64,000 nucleotides of DNA from Eledone cirrhosa. Its lineage: Eukaryota. Under the pieces are notes generated by a model, which had not been told where the DNA came from, did not search any database, and saw nothing but the letters and a program-made list of their open reading frames with translations. This document shows positions 15,001-30,700 of this stretch, piece after piece (positions within the stretch are counted from its first letter, which is position 1; every line of letters starts with the position of its first letter). The DNA is taken from contig OZ024742.1 of assembly GCA_964016885.1 (NCBI GenBank), positions 5,890,001 through 5,954,000 on the forward strand. Reading direction: 5' to 3'. The position numbers were made by a program, and so were the translations under genes.

Positions 15001-17029
15001 GCCAGAAGAGCCTGGCACAACTACCGTACTATATATTTAGATCTGGAGGGGCAGAACAGCCTGGCACAACTATCCATACTATATATTTACATCTGGAGGG
15101 CAGAACAGTCTGGCACAACTACTATACTATATATTTAGATCTGGAGAGGCAGAACAGCATGGCACAACTACCATACTATATATTTAAATCTGGAGGGGCA
15201 GAATAACCTAGCACAAATACCATACTATACATTTAGATCTGGTGGTGGTAGTACAGCCTCGCACAACTACCATACTATATATTTAAATCTGGAGGGGCAG
15301 AATAACCTGGCACAACTACCATACTATATATATTTAGATCTGGAGGTGGAAGAAGAGCCTGGCACAACTACCATACTATATATTTAGATCTGAAGGGGTA
15401 GAACAGCTTGGAACAATTACCATATAATATATTTAGATCTGGAGTGGCAGAACAGTCTGGCACCACTACCATACTATATATTTAGATCTGGAGGGGCAGA
15501 AGAGCCTGGCACAACTACCATACTATATATTTAAATCTGGAGGGGTAGAACAGCTTGGCACAACTACCATACTATATATTTAGATCTGGAGGTGCGAGTA
15601 CAGCCTGGCACAACTACCATACTATATATTTAGACCTGGAGGTGGAAGAAGTGCCTGGCAAAACTACCATACATATATTTAGATCTGGAGGTGGGAGTAG
15701 AGCCTGGCACAACTACCATCATATATATTTAAATCAGGAGGGGCAGAATAACCTGGCACAACTAGCATACTATATATTTAAATCTGGAGGGGGAGAACAA
15801 CCTGGCACAATCACCATACTATATATTTAGATCTGGAGCGGCAGAACAGCATAACACAACTACCATACTATATATTTATATCTGGAGAGGCAGAACAGCC
15901 TGGCACAAGTACCATACTATATATTTAGATCTGGAGAGGCAGAACAGCTTGGCACAACTACCATACTATATATTTATATCTGTCGGTGGAAGAATAATCT
16001 GGCATAACTACCATACTATATGTTTAGATCTGGAGGTCCAGAATAGCCTGGCACAACTACCCTACTATATATTTAGATCTGGAGAGGCAGAACGACCTGG
16101 CACAACTACCATACTATATATTTAGATCTGGAGGGGCAGAATAACCTGGCACAACTACCATACTATATATTTAGATCTGTAGGGGCAGAAGTGCCTGGCA
16201 CAACTACCATACTATATATTTTGATCTGGAGGGCTAGAACAGCTTGGCACAATTACCATACTATATATTTAGATCTGGAGGGCCAGAACAGTCTGGCACC
16301 ACTACCATACTAGATATTTAGATCTGGAGGGGCGGAAGAGCTTTGGATAACTACCATACTATATATTTAAGTCTGGAGGGGAAGAATAAACTGGCACAAC
16401 TACCATATTATATATTGAGATCTGGAGGGGCAGAAGAGCCTGGCACAACTACCATACTATATATTTAGATCTGGAGGGCCAGAACAACCTGACACAACTA
16501 GCATATATATATTTAGATCTGGAGGGGCAGTACAGACTGGCACAACTACCAATATATATATTTAGATCTGGAGGGGCAGAACAGCGTAACACAACTACCA
16601 TACTATATATTTAGATCTGGAGGGGCAGAATAGCCTGGCACAAGTACCATAGTATATATTTAGATCTGGAGCGGCAGAACATCTTGGCACAACTACGATA
16701 CTATATATTTAGATCTCGAGAGGTAGAACAGCTTGGCATAACTACCATACTATATATTTAGATCTGGAGGGGCAGAACAGTCTGGCACAACTACTATACT
16801 ATATATTTAGATCTGGAGGTGCAGAACAGCATGGCACAACTACCATACTATATATTTAAATCTGGAGGGGCAGAATAACCTGGCACAAATAGCATACTAT
16901 ATATTTAGATCTGGAGGGGGAAGAAGAGCCTGGCACGACTACTATACTATATATTTAGATCTGGAGAGGCAGAACAGCCTGGCACAAGTACCATACTATT
17001 TATTTAGATCTGGAGGGGCAGAACAGCTT
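6794..17029. repeat. Near-perfect tandem HOR duplication, period 5118 bp (about 104 monomers); a slightly altered partial further copy continues to about 18.6 kb
   Basis: ORF pairs 6972/12090, 7974/13092, 8454/13572, 8897/14015, 9832/14950, 10437/15555 and 12090/17208 are offset by 5118. A rare GGAAGATGAGCC insertion monomer is shared near 9690 and 14808. Confidence 0.93.
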
Positions 17030-20000
17030 GGCACAACTACCATACTATATATTTATATCTGTCGGTGGAAGAACAATCTGGCACAACTACCATACTATAT
17101 ATTTAGATCTGGAGGGCCAGAAGAGCCTGGCACAACTACCCTACTATATATTTAGATCTGGAGGGGCAGAATAGCCTGGCACAACTATCCATACTATATA
17201 TTTAGATGTGGAGGGGCAGAACAACCTGGCACAACTACCATACTATACATTTAGATCTGGAGAGGTAGAACAGCCTGGCACAACTATCCATACTATATAT
17301 TTAGATGTGGAGGGGCAGAACAACCTGGCACAACTACCATACTATATATTTAGATCTGGAGGGGCTGAACAGTCTGGCACAACTACTATACTATATATCT
17401 AGATCTGGAGGGGGAGAACAGCATGGCACAACTACCATACTATATATTTAAATCTGGAGGGGCAGAATAACCTGGCACAAATACCATACTATATAATTAG
17501 ATCTGGAGTTGGGAGTACAGCCTGGCACAACTACCATACTATATATTTAAATCTGGAAGGACAGAATAACCTGGCACAACTACCATACTATATATTTAGA
17601 TATGGAGGTGGAAGAAGAGCCTGGCACAACTACCATACCATATATTTAGATCTGGAGCGGCAGAACAGCATAACACAACTACCATACTATATATTTAGAT
17701 CTGGAGAGGCAGAACAGCCAGGCACAAGTACCATACTATATAGTTAGATCTGGATGGGTAGAACAGCTTGGCATAACTACCATACTATATATTTATATCT
17801 GTCGGTGGAAGAACAATCTGGCATAACTACCATACTATATGTTTAGATCTGGAGGGCCAGAAGAGCCTGACACAACTACCCTACTATAATTTTAGATCTG
17901 GAGAGGCAGATCGGCCTGGCACAACTACCATACTATATATTTAGATCTGGAGGTGGAAAACAGCCTGGACCAACTACCATACTATATATTTAGATCTGGA
18001 GGGGCAGAACAGCCTGGCACAACTACCATACTATACATTTAGATCTGGAGGGGTAGAACAGCTTGGCACAACTAACATACTATATATTTAGATCTAGAGG
18101 GGCAGAACAGTCTGGCACAACTACTATAATATATATTTAGATCTGGAGGGGCAGAACAGCATGGCACAACTTCCATACTATATATTTAGATCTGGAGGTG
18201 GAAGAAGAGCCTGGCACAACTACCATACTATATATTTAGATCTGGAGAGGCAGAACAGCCTGGCACAAGTACCATACTATATATTTAGATCTGGAGGGGC
18301 AGAACAGCTTGGCACAACTACCATACTATATATTTATATCTGACGGTGGAAGAACAATCTGGCACAACTACCATACTATATATTTATATCTGGAGGGCCA
18401 GAAGAGCCTGGCACAACTACCGTACTATATATTTAGATCTGGAGGGGCAGAACAGCCTGGCACATCTATCCATACTATATATTTAGATCTGGAGTGGCAG
18501 AACAACCTGGCACAACTACCATACTATACATTTAGAGCTGGAGGGGTAGAACAGCTTGGCACAACAACCATACTATATATTTAGATCTGGAGGGCAGAAC
18601 AGTCTGGCACAACTACTATACTATATATTTAGATCTGGAGAGGCAGAACAGCATGGCACAACAATCATACTATATATTTAAATCTGGTGGTGGTAGTACA
18701 GCCTCGCACAACTACCATACTATATATTTAAATCTGGAGATGCAGAATAACCTGGCACAACTACCCTACTATATATATTTAGATCTGGAGGTGGAAGAAG
18801 AGCCTGGCACCACTACCATACTATATATTTAGATCTGGAGGGGCAGAAGAGCCTGGCACAACTACCATACTATATATTTAAATCTGGAGGGGTAGAACAG
18901 CTTGGCACAACTACCATACTATATATTTAGATCTGGAGGTGGAAGAAGAGCCTGGCACAACTACCATACTTTATATTTAGATCTGGAGGTGGAAGAAGTG
19001 CCTGGCAAAACTACCATACATATATTTAGATCTGGAGGTGGGAGTAGAGCCTGGCACAACTACCATAATATATATTTAAATCGGGAGGGGCAGAATAACC
19101 TGGCACAACTAGCATACTATATATTTAAATCTGGAGGGGTAGAACAACCTGGCACAATCACCATACTATATATTTAGATCTGGAGCGGCAGAACAGCATA
19201 ACACAACTACCATACTATATATTTAGATCTGGAGAGGCAGAACAGCCTGGCACAAGTACCATACTATATATTTAGATTTGGAGAGGCAGAACAGCCTGGC
19301 ACAAGTACCATACTATATATTTAGATGTGGAGGGGCAGAACAACCTGGCACAACTACCATACTATACATTTAGATCTGGAGAGGTAGAACAGCCTGGCAC
19401 AACTATCCATACTATATATTTAGATGTGGAGGGGCAGAACAACCTGGCACAACTACCATACTATATATTTAGATCTGGAGGGGCTGAACAGTCTGGCACA
19501 ACTACTATACTATATATCTAGATCTGGAGGGGGAGAACAGCATGGCACAACTACCATACTATATATTTAAATCTGGAGGGGCAGAATAACCTGGCACAAC
19601 TACCATACTATATATTTAGATCTGGAGGTGAAGAACTGCCTGGCACAACTACTATACTATATATTTAGATCTGGAGGGGCAGAAGAGCCTGGCACAACTA
19701 CCATACTATATATTTAGATCTGGAGGGGTAGAACAGCTTGGAACAATTACCATATTATATATTTAGATCTGGAGTGGCAGAACAGTCTGGCACCACTACC
19801 ATACTATATATTTAAATCTGGAGAGGCAGAAGAGCCTGGCACAACTACCATACTATTTATTTAAATCTGGAGGGGAAGAACAGCTTTGCACAACTACCAT
19901 ACTTTATATTTAGATCTGGAGGTGGGAGTACAGCCTGGCACAACTACCATACTATATATTTAGACGTGGAGGTGGGAGAAGTGCCTGGCAAAACTACCAT

Positions 20001-21759
20001 ACATATATTTAGATCTGGAGGTGGGAGTACAGCCTGGGACAACTACGATAATATATATTTAAATCTGGAGGGGGAGAATAACCTGGCACAACTATCATAC
20101 TATATATTTATATTTGGAGGTGGAAGAAGACCCTGGCACAACTACCATACTATATATTTAGATCTGGACGGGTAGAAAAACCTGGCACAATTACCATACA
20201 ATAATTTTGGATCTGGAGGGGCAGAACAGCCTAACACAACTACCATACTATATATTTAGATCTGGAGGTGAAAGAACAACCTGGAACAACTACCATACTA
20301 TATATTTAGATCTGGAGGGGCAGAACAGCCTGGCATAACTACCTTAATATATATTTAGATCTGGAGGGGCAGAACAGCCTGGCACAAGTACCATACTATA
20401 CATTTAGATCTGGAGACGCAGAAGAGCCTGGCACAACTACCATACTATATATTTAAATCTAGAGGGGCAGAATAGCTTGGCACAACTACCATACTATATA
20501 TTTAGATCTGGAGGTCGGAGTACAGCCTGGCACAACTACCATACTATATATTTAGATCTGGAGGTGGAAGAAGAGCCTGGCACAACTACCATACTATATA
20601 TTTAGATCTGGAGGGGTAGAACAACCTGGCACAATCACCATACTATATATTTATATCTGGAGCGGCAGAACAGCATAACACAACTACCATACTATATATT
20701 TAGATCTGGAGAGGCAGAACAGCCTGGCACAAGTACCATACTATATATTTAGATCTGGAGGGGTAGAACAGCTTGGCATAATTACCATACTATATATTTA
20801 AATCTGGAGGGGCAGAACAGCTTGGCACCACTTCCATACTATATATTTATATCTGTCGGTGGAAGAATATTCTGGCACAACTAACATACTATATATTTAG
20901 ATCTGGAGGGCCAGAAGAGCCTGGCACAACTACCCTACTACAATTTTGGATCTGGAGAGGCAGATCGGCCTGGCACAACTACCATACTATATATTTAGAT
21001 CTGGAGGTGGAAAACAGCCTGGACCAACTACCATACTATATATTTAGATCTGGAGGGGCAGAACAGCCTGGCACAACTACCATACTATACATTTAGATCT
21101 GGAGGGTAGAACAGCTTGGCACAACTAACATACTATATATGTAGGTCTAGAGGGGCAGAACAGTCTGGCACAACTTCCATACTATATATTTAGATCTGGA
21201 GGTGGAAAAAGAGCCTGGCACAACTACCATACTATATATTTATATCTGACGGTGGAAGAACAATCTGGCACAACTACCGTACTATATATTTAGATCTGGA
21301 GGGGCAGAACAGCCTGGCACAACTATCCATACTATATATTTAGATCTGGAGTGGCAGAACAACCTGGCACAACTACCATACTATACATTTAGAGCTGGAG
21401 GGGTAGAACAGCTTGGCACAACAACCATAATATATATTTAGATCTGGAGGGGCAGAATAACCTGGCTCAAATACCATACTATATATTTAGATCTGGTGGT
21501 CGCAGGACAGCCTGGCACAACTACCATACTATATATTTAGATCTGCATGTGGAAGAAGAGCCTGGCACAACTACCATACTATATATTTAGATCTGAAGGG
21601 GTAGAACAGCTTGGAACAATTACCATATTATATATTTAGATCTGGAGTGGCAGAACAGTCTGGCACCACTACCATACTATATATTTAGATCTGGAGGGGC
21701 AGAAGAGCCTGGCACAACTACCATACTATATATTTAAATCTGGAGGGGTAGAACAGCTT

Positions 21760-24700
21760 GGCACAACTACCATACTATATATTTATATATGGAGGTGGAA
21801 GAAGAGCCAGGCACAACTACCATACTTTATATTTAGATCTGGAGGTGGGAGTACAGCCTGGCACAACTACCATACTATATATTTAGACCTGGTGTTGGAA
21901 GAAGTGCCTGGCAAAACTACCATACATATATTTAGATCTGGAGGTGGGAGTAGAGCCTGGCACAACTACCATAATATATATTTAAATCAGGAGGGGCAGA
22001 ATAACCTGGCACAACTAGCATACTATATATTTAAATTTGGAGGGGTAGAACAACCTGGCACAATCACCATACTATATATTTAGATCTGGAGAGGCAGAAC
22101 AGCCTGGCAAAAGTACCATACTATATGTTTAGATCTGGAGGGCCAGAATAGCCTGGCACAACTACGCTACTATGTATTTAGATCTGGAGAGGCAGAACGA
22201 CCTGGCACAACTACCATACTATATATTTAGAACTGGAGGGGCAGAATAACCTGGCACAACTACCATACTATATATTTAGATCTGTAGGGGCAGAAGTGCC
22301 TGGCACAACTACCATACTATATATTTTGATCTGGAGGGCTAGAACAGCTTGGCACAATTACCATACTATATATTTAGATCTGGAGGGGCAGAACAGTCTG
22401 GCACCACTACCATACTAGATATTTAGATCTGGAGGGGCATAAGAGCCTTGGATAACTACCATACTATATATTTAAGTCTGGAGAGGAAGAATAACCTGGC
22501 ACAACTACCATACTATATATTTAGATCTGGAGGGGCAGAAGAGCCTGGCACAACTACCATACTATATATTTAGATCTGGAGGGCCAGAACAACCTGACAC
22601 AACTAGCATATATATATTTAGATCTGGAGGGGCAGTACAGCCTGGCACAACTACCAGAATATATATTTAGATCTGGAGGGGCAGAACAGCCTAACACAAC
22701 TACTATACTATATATTTAGATCTGGAGGGGCAGAATAGCCTGGCACAAGTACCATAATATATATTTAGATCTGGAGCGGCAGAACATCTTGGCACAACTA
22801 CCATACTATATATTTAGATCTCGAGAGGTAGAACAGCTTGGCATAACTACCATACTATATATTTAGATCTGGAGGGGCAGAACAGTCTGGCACAACTACT
22901 ATACTATATATTTAGATCTGGAGGTGCAGAATAACCTGGCACAAATAGCATACTATATATTTAGATCTGGAGAGGCAGAACAGCCTGGCACAAGTACCAT
23001 ACAATATATTTAGATCTGGAGGGGCAGAACAGCTTGGCACAACTACCATACTATATATTTATATCTGTCGGTGGAAGAACAATCTGGCACAACTACCATA
23101 CTATATATTTAGATCTGGAGGGCCAGAACAGCCTGGCACAACTTTCCATACTATATATTTAGATCTGGAGGGGCAGAACAACCTGGCACAACTAACATAC
23201 TATACATTTAGATCTGGTGAGGTAGAACAGCATGGCACAACTACCATACTATATATTTAAATCTGGAGGGGCAGAATAACCTGGCACAAATACCATACTA
23301 TATATTTAGATCTGGTGGTGGGAGTACAGCCTGGCACAACTACCATACTATATATTTAAATCTGGAGGGGCAGAATAACCTAGCACAACTACCATACTAT
23401 ATATTTAGATCTGGAGGTGGAAGAAAGACCTGGCACAACTACCATACTATATATTTAGATCTGGCGGGGCAGAACAACCTGGCACAACTACCATACTATA
23501 CATTTAGAGCTGGAGGGGTAGAACAGCTTGGCACAACAACCATACTATATATTTAGATCTGGAGGGCAGAACAGTCTGGCACAACTACTATACTATATAT
23601 TTAGATCTGGAGAGGCAGAACAGCATGGCACAACTACCATACCATATATTTAAATCTGGAGGGGCAGAATAACCTGGCACAAATACCATACTATATATTT
23701 AGATCTGGTGTGGCAGTACAGCCTGGCACAACTACCATACTATATATTTAAATCTGGAGGGGCAGAATAACTTGGCACAACTACCATACTATATATTTAG
23801 ATCTGGAGGTGGAAGAAGAGCCTGGCACAACTACCATACATATATTTAGATCTGGAGGTGGGAGTAGAGCCTGGCACAACTACCATAATATATATTTAAA
23901 TCAGGAGGGGTAGAATAACCTGGCACAACTAGCATACTATATATTTAAATCTGGAGTGGTAGAACAACCTGGCACAATCACCATACTATATATTTAGATC
24001 TGGAGCGGCAGAACAGCATAACACAACTACCATACTATATATTTATATCTGGAGAGACAGAACAGCCTGGCACAAGTACCATACTATATATTTAGATCTG
24101 GAGAGGCAGAACAGCTTGGCACAACTACCATACTATATATTTATATCTGTCAGTGGAAGAACAATCTGGCATAACTACCATACTATATATTTAGATCTGA
24201 AGGGGTAGAACAGCTTGGAACAATTACCATATTATATATTTAGATCTGGAGTGGCAGAACAGTCTTGCACCACTACCATACTATATATTTAGATCTGGAG
24301 GGGCAGAAGAGCCTGGCACAACTACCATACTATATATTTAAATCTGGAGGGGTAGAACAGCTTGGCACAACTACCATACAATATATTTATATCTGGAGGT
24401 GGAAGAAGAGCCTGGCACAACTACCATACTTTATATTTAGATCTGGAGGTGGGAGTACAGCCTGGCACAACTACCATACTATATATTTAGACCTGGTGGT
24501 GGAAGAAGTGCCTGGCAAAACTACCATACATATATTTAGATCTGGAGGTGGGAGTAGAGCCTGGCACAACTACCATAATATATATTTAAATCAGGAGGGG
24601 CAGAATAACCTGGCACAACTAGCATACTATATATTTAAATTTGGAGGGGTAGAACAACCTGGCACAATCACCATACTATATATTTAGATCTGGAGAGGCA

Positions 24701-27700
24701 GAACAGCCTGGCACAAGTACCATACTATATATTTAGATCTGGAGAGGCAGAACAGCTTGGCACAACTACCATACTATATATTTATATCTGTCAGTGGAAG
24801 AACAATCTGGCATAACTACCATACTATATATTTAGATCTAAAGGGGTAGAACAGCTTGGAACAATTACCATATTATATATTTAGATCTGGAGTGGCAGAA
24901 CAGTCTTGCACCACTACCATACTATATATTTAGATCTGGAGGGGCAGAAGAGCCTGGCACAACTACCATACTATATATTTAAATCTGGAGGGGTAGAACA
25001 GCTTGGCACAACTACCATACAATATATTTATATCTGGAGGTGGAAGAAGAGCCTGGCACAACTACCATACTTTATATTTAGATCTGGAGGTGGGAGTACA
25101 TCCTGGCACAACTACCATACTATATATTTAGACCTGGTGGTGGAAGAAGTGCCTGGCAAAACTACCATACATATATTTAGATCTGGAGGTGGGAGTAGAG
25201 CCTGGCACAACTACCATAATATATATTTAAATTTGGAGGGGTAGAACAACCTGGCACAATCACCATACAATATATTTAGATCTGGAGCGGCAGAACAGCA
25301 TAACACAACTACCATACTTTATATTTAGATCTGGAGAGGCAGAACAGCCTGGCACAAGTACCATGCTATATATTTAGATCTGGAGAGGCAGAACAGCTTG
25401 GTACAACTACCATACTATATATTTATATCTGTCGGTGGAAGAACAATCTGGCATAACTACCATACTATATGTTTAGATCTGGAGGGACAGAATAGCCTGG
25501 CACAACTACCCTACTAGTTATTTAGATCTGGAGAGGCAGAACGACCTGGCACAACTACCATACTATATATTTAGATCTGGAGGGGCAGAATAACCTGGCA
25601 CAACTACCATACTATATATTTAGATCTGTAGGGGCAGAAGTGCCTGGCACAACTACCATACTATATATTTTGATCTGGAGGGCTAGAACAGCTTGGCACA
25701 ATTACCATACTATATATTTAGATCTGGAGGGGCAGAACAATCTGGCACCACTACCATACTAGATATTTAGATCTGGTGGGGCAGAAGAGACTTGGATAAC
25801 TACCATACTATATATTTAAGTCTGGAGGGGAAGAATAACCTGGCACAACTACCATACTATATATTTAGATCTGGAGGGCCAGAACAACCTGACACAACTA
25901 GCATATATATATTTAGATCTGAAGGGGCAGTACAGCCTGGCACAACTACCAGAATATATATTTAGATCTGGAGGGGCAGAACAGCCTAACACAACTACCA
26001 TACTATATATTTAGATCTGGAGCGGCAGAATAGCCTGGCACAAGTACCATACTATATATTTAGATCTGGAGCGGCAGAACATCTTGGCACAACTACGATA
26101 CTATGTATTTAGATCTCGAGAGGTAGAACAGCTTGGCATAACTACCATACTATATATTTAGATCTGGAGGGGCAGAACAGTCTGGCACAACTACTATACT
26201 ATATATTTAGATCTGGAGGTGCAGAACAGCACGGTACAACTACCATACTATATATTTAAATCTGGAGGGCCAGAATAACCTGGCACAAATAGCATACTAT
26301 ATATTTAGATCTGGAGGTGGAAGAAGAGCCTGGTACGACTACCATACTATATATTTAGATCTGAAGGGGTAGAACAGCTTGGAACAATTACCATATTATA
26401 TATTTAGATCTGGAGTGGCAGAACAGTCTTGCACCACTACCATACTATATATTTAGATCTGGAGGGGCAGAAGAGCCTGGCACAACTACCATACTATATA
26501 TTTAAATCTGGAGGGGTAGAACAGCTTGGCACAACTACCATACAATATATTTATATCTGGAGGTGGAAGAAGAGCCTGGCACAACTACCATACTTTATAT
26601 TTAGATCTGGAGGTGGGAGTACAGCCTGGCACAACTACCATACTATATATTTAGACCTGGTGGTGGAAGAAGTGCCTGGCAAAACTACCATACATATATT
26701 TAGATCTGGAGGTGGGAGTAGAGCCTGGCACAACTACCATAATATATATTTAAATCAGGAGGGGCAGAATAACCTGGCACAACTAGCATACTATATATTT
26801 AAATTTGGAGGGGTAGAACAACCTGGCACAATCACCATACTATATATTTAGATCTGGAGAGGCAGAACAGCCTGGCACAAGTACCATACTATATATTTAG
26901 ATCTGGAGAGGCAGAACAGCTTGGCACAACTACCATACTATATATTTATATCTGTCAGTGGAAGAACAATCTGGCATAACTACCATACTATATATTTAGA
27001 TCTAAAGGGGTAGAACAGCTTGGAACAATTACCATATTATATATTTAGATCTGGAGTGGCAGAACAGTCTTGCACCACTACCATACTATATATTTAGATC
27101 TGGAGGGGCAGAAGAGCCTGGCACAACTACCATACTATATATTTAAATCTGGAGGGGTAGAACAGCTTGGCACAACTACCATACAATATATTTATATCTG
27201 GAGGTGGAAGAAGAGCCTGGCACAACTACCATACTTTATATTTAGATCTGGAGGTGGGAGTACATCCTGGCACAACTACCATACTATATATTTAGACCTG
27301 GTGGTGGAAGAAGTGCCTGGCAAAACTACCATACATATATTTAGATCTGGAGGTGGGAGTAGAGCCTGGCACAACTACCATAATATATATTTAAATTTGG
27401 AGGGGTAGAACAACCTGGCACAATCACCATACAATATATTTAGATCTGGAGCGGCAGAACAGCATAACACAACTACCATACTTTATATTTAGATCTGGAG
27501 AGGCAGAACAGCCTGGCACAAGTACCATGCTATATATTTAGATCTGGAGAGGCAGAACAGCTTGGTACAACTACCATACTATATATTTATATCTGTCGGT
27601 GGAAGAACAATCTGGCATAACTACCATACTATATGTTTAGATCTGGAGGGACAGAATAGCCTGGCACAACTACCCTACTAGTTATTTAGATCTGGAGAGG

Positions 27701-30700
27701 CAGAACGACCTGGCACAACTACCATACTATATATTTAGATCTGGAGGGGCAGAATAACCTGGCACAACTACCATACTATATATTTAGATCTGTAGGGGCA
27801 GAAGTGCCTGGCACAACTACCATACTATATATTTTGATCTGGAGGGCTAGAACAGCTTGGCACAATTACCATACTATATATTTAGATCTGGAGGGGCAGA
27901 ACAATCTGGCACCACTACCATACTAGATATTTAGATCTGGTGGGGCAGAAGAGCCTTGGATAACTACCATACTATATATTTATATCTGTCAGTGGAAGAA
28001 CAATCTGGCATAACTACCATACTATATATTTAGATCTGAAGGGGTAGAACAGCTTGGAACAATTACCATATTATATATTTAGATCTGGAGTGGCAGAACA
28101 GTCTTGCACCACTACCATACTATATATTTAGATCTGGAGGGGCAGAATAACCTGGCACAAATACCATACTATATATTTAGATCTGGTGTGGCAGTACAGC
28201 CTGGCACAACTACCATACTATATATTTAAATCTGGAGGGGCAGAATAACTTGGCACAACTACCATACTATATATTTAGATCTGGAGGTGGAAGAAGAGCC
28301 TGGCACAACTACCATACATATATTTAGATCTGGAGGTGGGAGTAGAGCCTGGCACAACTACCATAATATATATTTAAATCAGGAGGGGCAGAATAACCTG
28401 GCACAACTAGCATACTATATATTTAAATTTGGAGGGGTAGAACAACCTGGCACAATCACCATACTATATATTTAGATCTGGAGAGGCAGAACAGCCTGGC
28501 ACAAGTACCATACTATATATTTAGATCTGGAGAGGCAGAACAGCTTGGCACAACTACCATACTATATATTTATATCTGTCAGTGGAAGAACAATCTGGCA
28601 TAACTACCATACTATATATTTAGATCTGAAGGGGTAGAACAGCTTGGAACAATTACCATATTATATATTTAGATCTGGAGTGGCAGAACAGTCTTGCACC
28701 ACTACCATACTATATATTTAGATCTGGAGGGGCAGAATAACCTGGCACAAATACCATACTATATATTTAGATCTGGTGTGGCAGTACAGCCTGGCACAAC
28801 TACCATACTATATATTTAAATCTGGAGGGGCAGAATAACTTGGCACAACTACCATACTATATATTTAGATCTGGAGGTGGAAGAAGAGCCTGGCACAACT
28901 ACCATACATATATTTAGATCTGGAGGTGGGAGTAGAGCCTGGCACAACTACCATAATATATATTTAAATCAGGAGGGGTAGAATAACCTGGCACAACTAG
29001 CATACTATATATTTAAATCTGGAGTGGTAGAACAACCTGGCACAATCACCATACTATATATTTAGATCTGGAGCGGCAGAACAGCATAACACAACTACCA
29101 TACTATATATTTATATCTGGAGAGACAGAACAGCCTGGCACAAGTACCATACTATATATTTAGATCTGGAGAGGCAGAACAGCTTGGCACAACTACCATA
29201 CTATATATTTATATCTGTCAGTGGAAGAACAATCTGGCATAACTACCATACTATATATTTAGATCTGAAGGGGTAGAACAGCTTGGAACAATTACCATAT
29301 TATATATTTAGATCTGGAGTGGCAGAACAGTCTTGCACCACTACCATACTATATATTTAGATCTGGAGGGGCAGAAGAGCCTGGCACAACTACCATACTA
29401 TATATTTAAATCTGGAGGGGTAGAACAGCTTGGCACAACTACCATACAATATATTTATAGCTGGAGGTGGAAGAAGAGCCTGGCACAACTACCATACTTT
29501 ATATTTAGATCTGGAGGTGGGAGTACAGCCTGGCACAACTACCATACTATATATTTAGACCTGGTGGTGGAAGAAGTGCCTGGCAAAACTACCATACATA
29601 TATTTAGATCTGGAGGTGGGAGTAGAGCCTGGCACAACTACCATAATATATATTTAAATTTGGAGGGGTAGAACAACCTGGCACAATCACCATACAATAT
29701 ATTTAGATCTGGAGCGGCAGAACAGCATAACACAACTACCATACTTTATATTTAGATCTGGAGAGGCAGAACAGCCTGGCACAAGTACCATGCTATATAT
29801 TTAGATCTGGAGAGGCAGAACAGCTTGGTACAACTACCATACTATATATTTATATCTGTCGGTGGAAGAACAATCTGGCATAACTACCATACTATATGTT
29901 TAGATCTGGAGGGACAGAATAGCCTGGCACAACTACCCTACTAGTTATTTAGATCTGGAGAGGCAGAACGACCTGGCACAACTACCATACTATATATTTA
30001 GATCTGGAGGGGCAGAATAACCTGGCACAACTACCATACTATATATTTAGATCTGTAGGGGCAGAAGTGCCTGGCACAACTACCATACTATATATTTTGA
30101 TCTGGAGGGCTAGAACAGCTTGGCACAATTACCATACTATATATTTAGATCTGGAGGGGCAGAACAATCTGGCACCACTACCATACTAGATATTTAGATC
30201 TGGTGGGGCAGAAGAGACTTGGATAACTACCATACTATATATTTAAGTCTGGAGGGGAAGAATAACCTGGCACAACTACCATACTATATATTTAGATCTG
30301 GAGGGCCAGAACAACCTGACACAACTAGCATATATATATTTAGATCTGAAGGGGCAGTACAGCCTGGCACAACTACCAGAATATATATTTAGATCTGGAG
30401 GGGCAGAACAGCCTAACACAACTACCATACTATATATTTAGATCTGGAGCGGCAGAATAGCCTGGCACAAGTACCATACTATATATTTAGATCTGGAGCG
30501 GCAGAACATCTTGGCACAACTACGATACTATGTATTTAGATCTCGAGAGGTAGAACAGCTTGGCATAACTACCATACTATATATTTAGATCTGGAGGGGC
30601 AGAACAGTCTGGCACAACTACTATACTATATATTTAGATCTGGAGGTGCAGAACAGCATGGTACAACTACCATACTATATATTTAAATCTGGAGGGCCAG

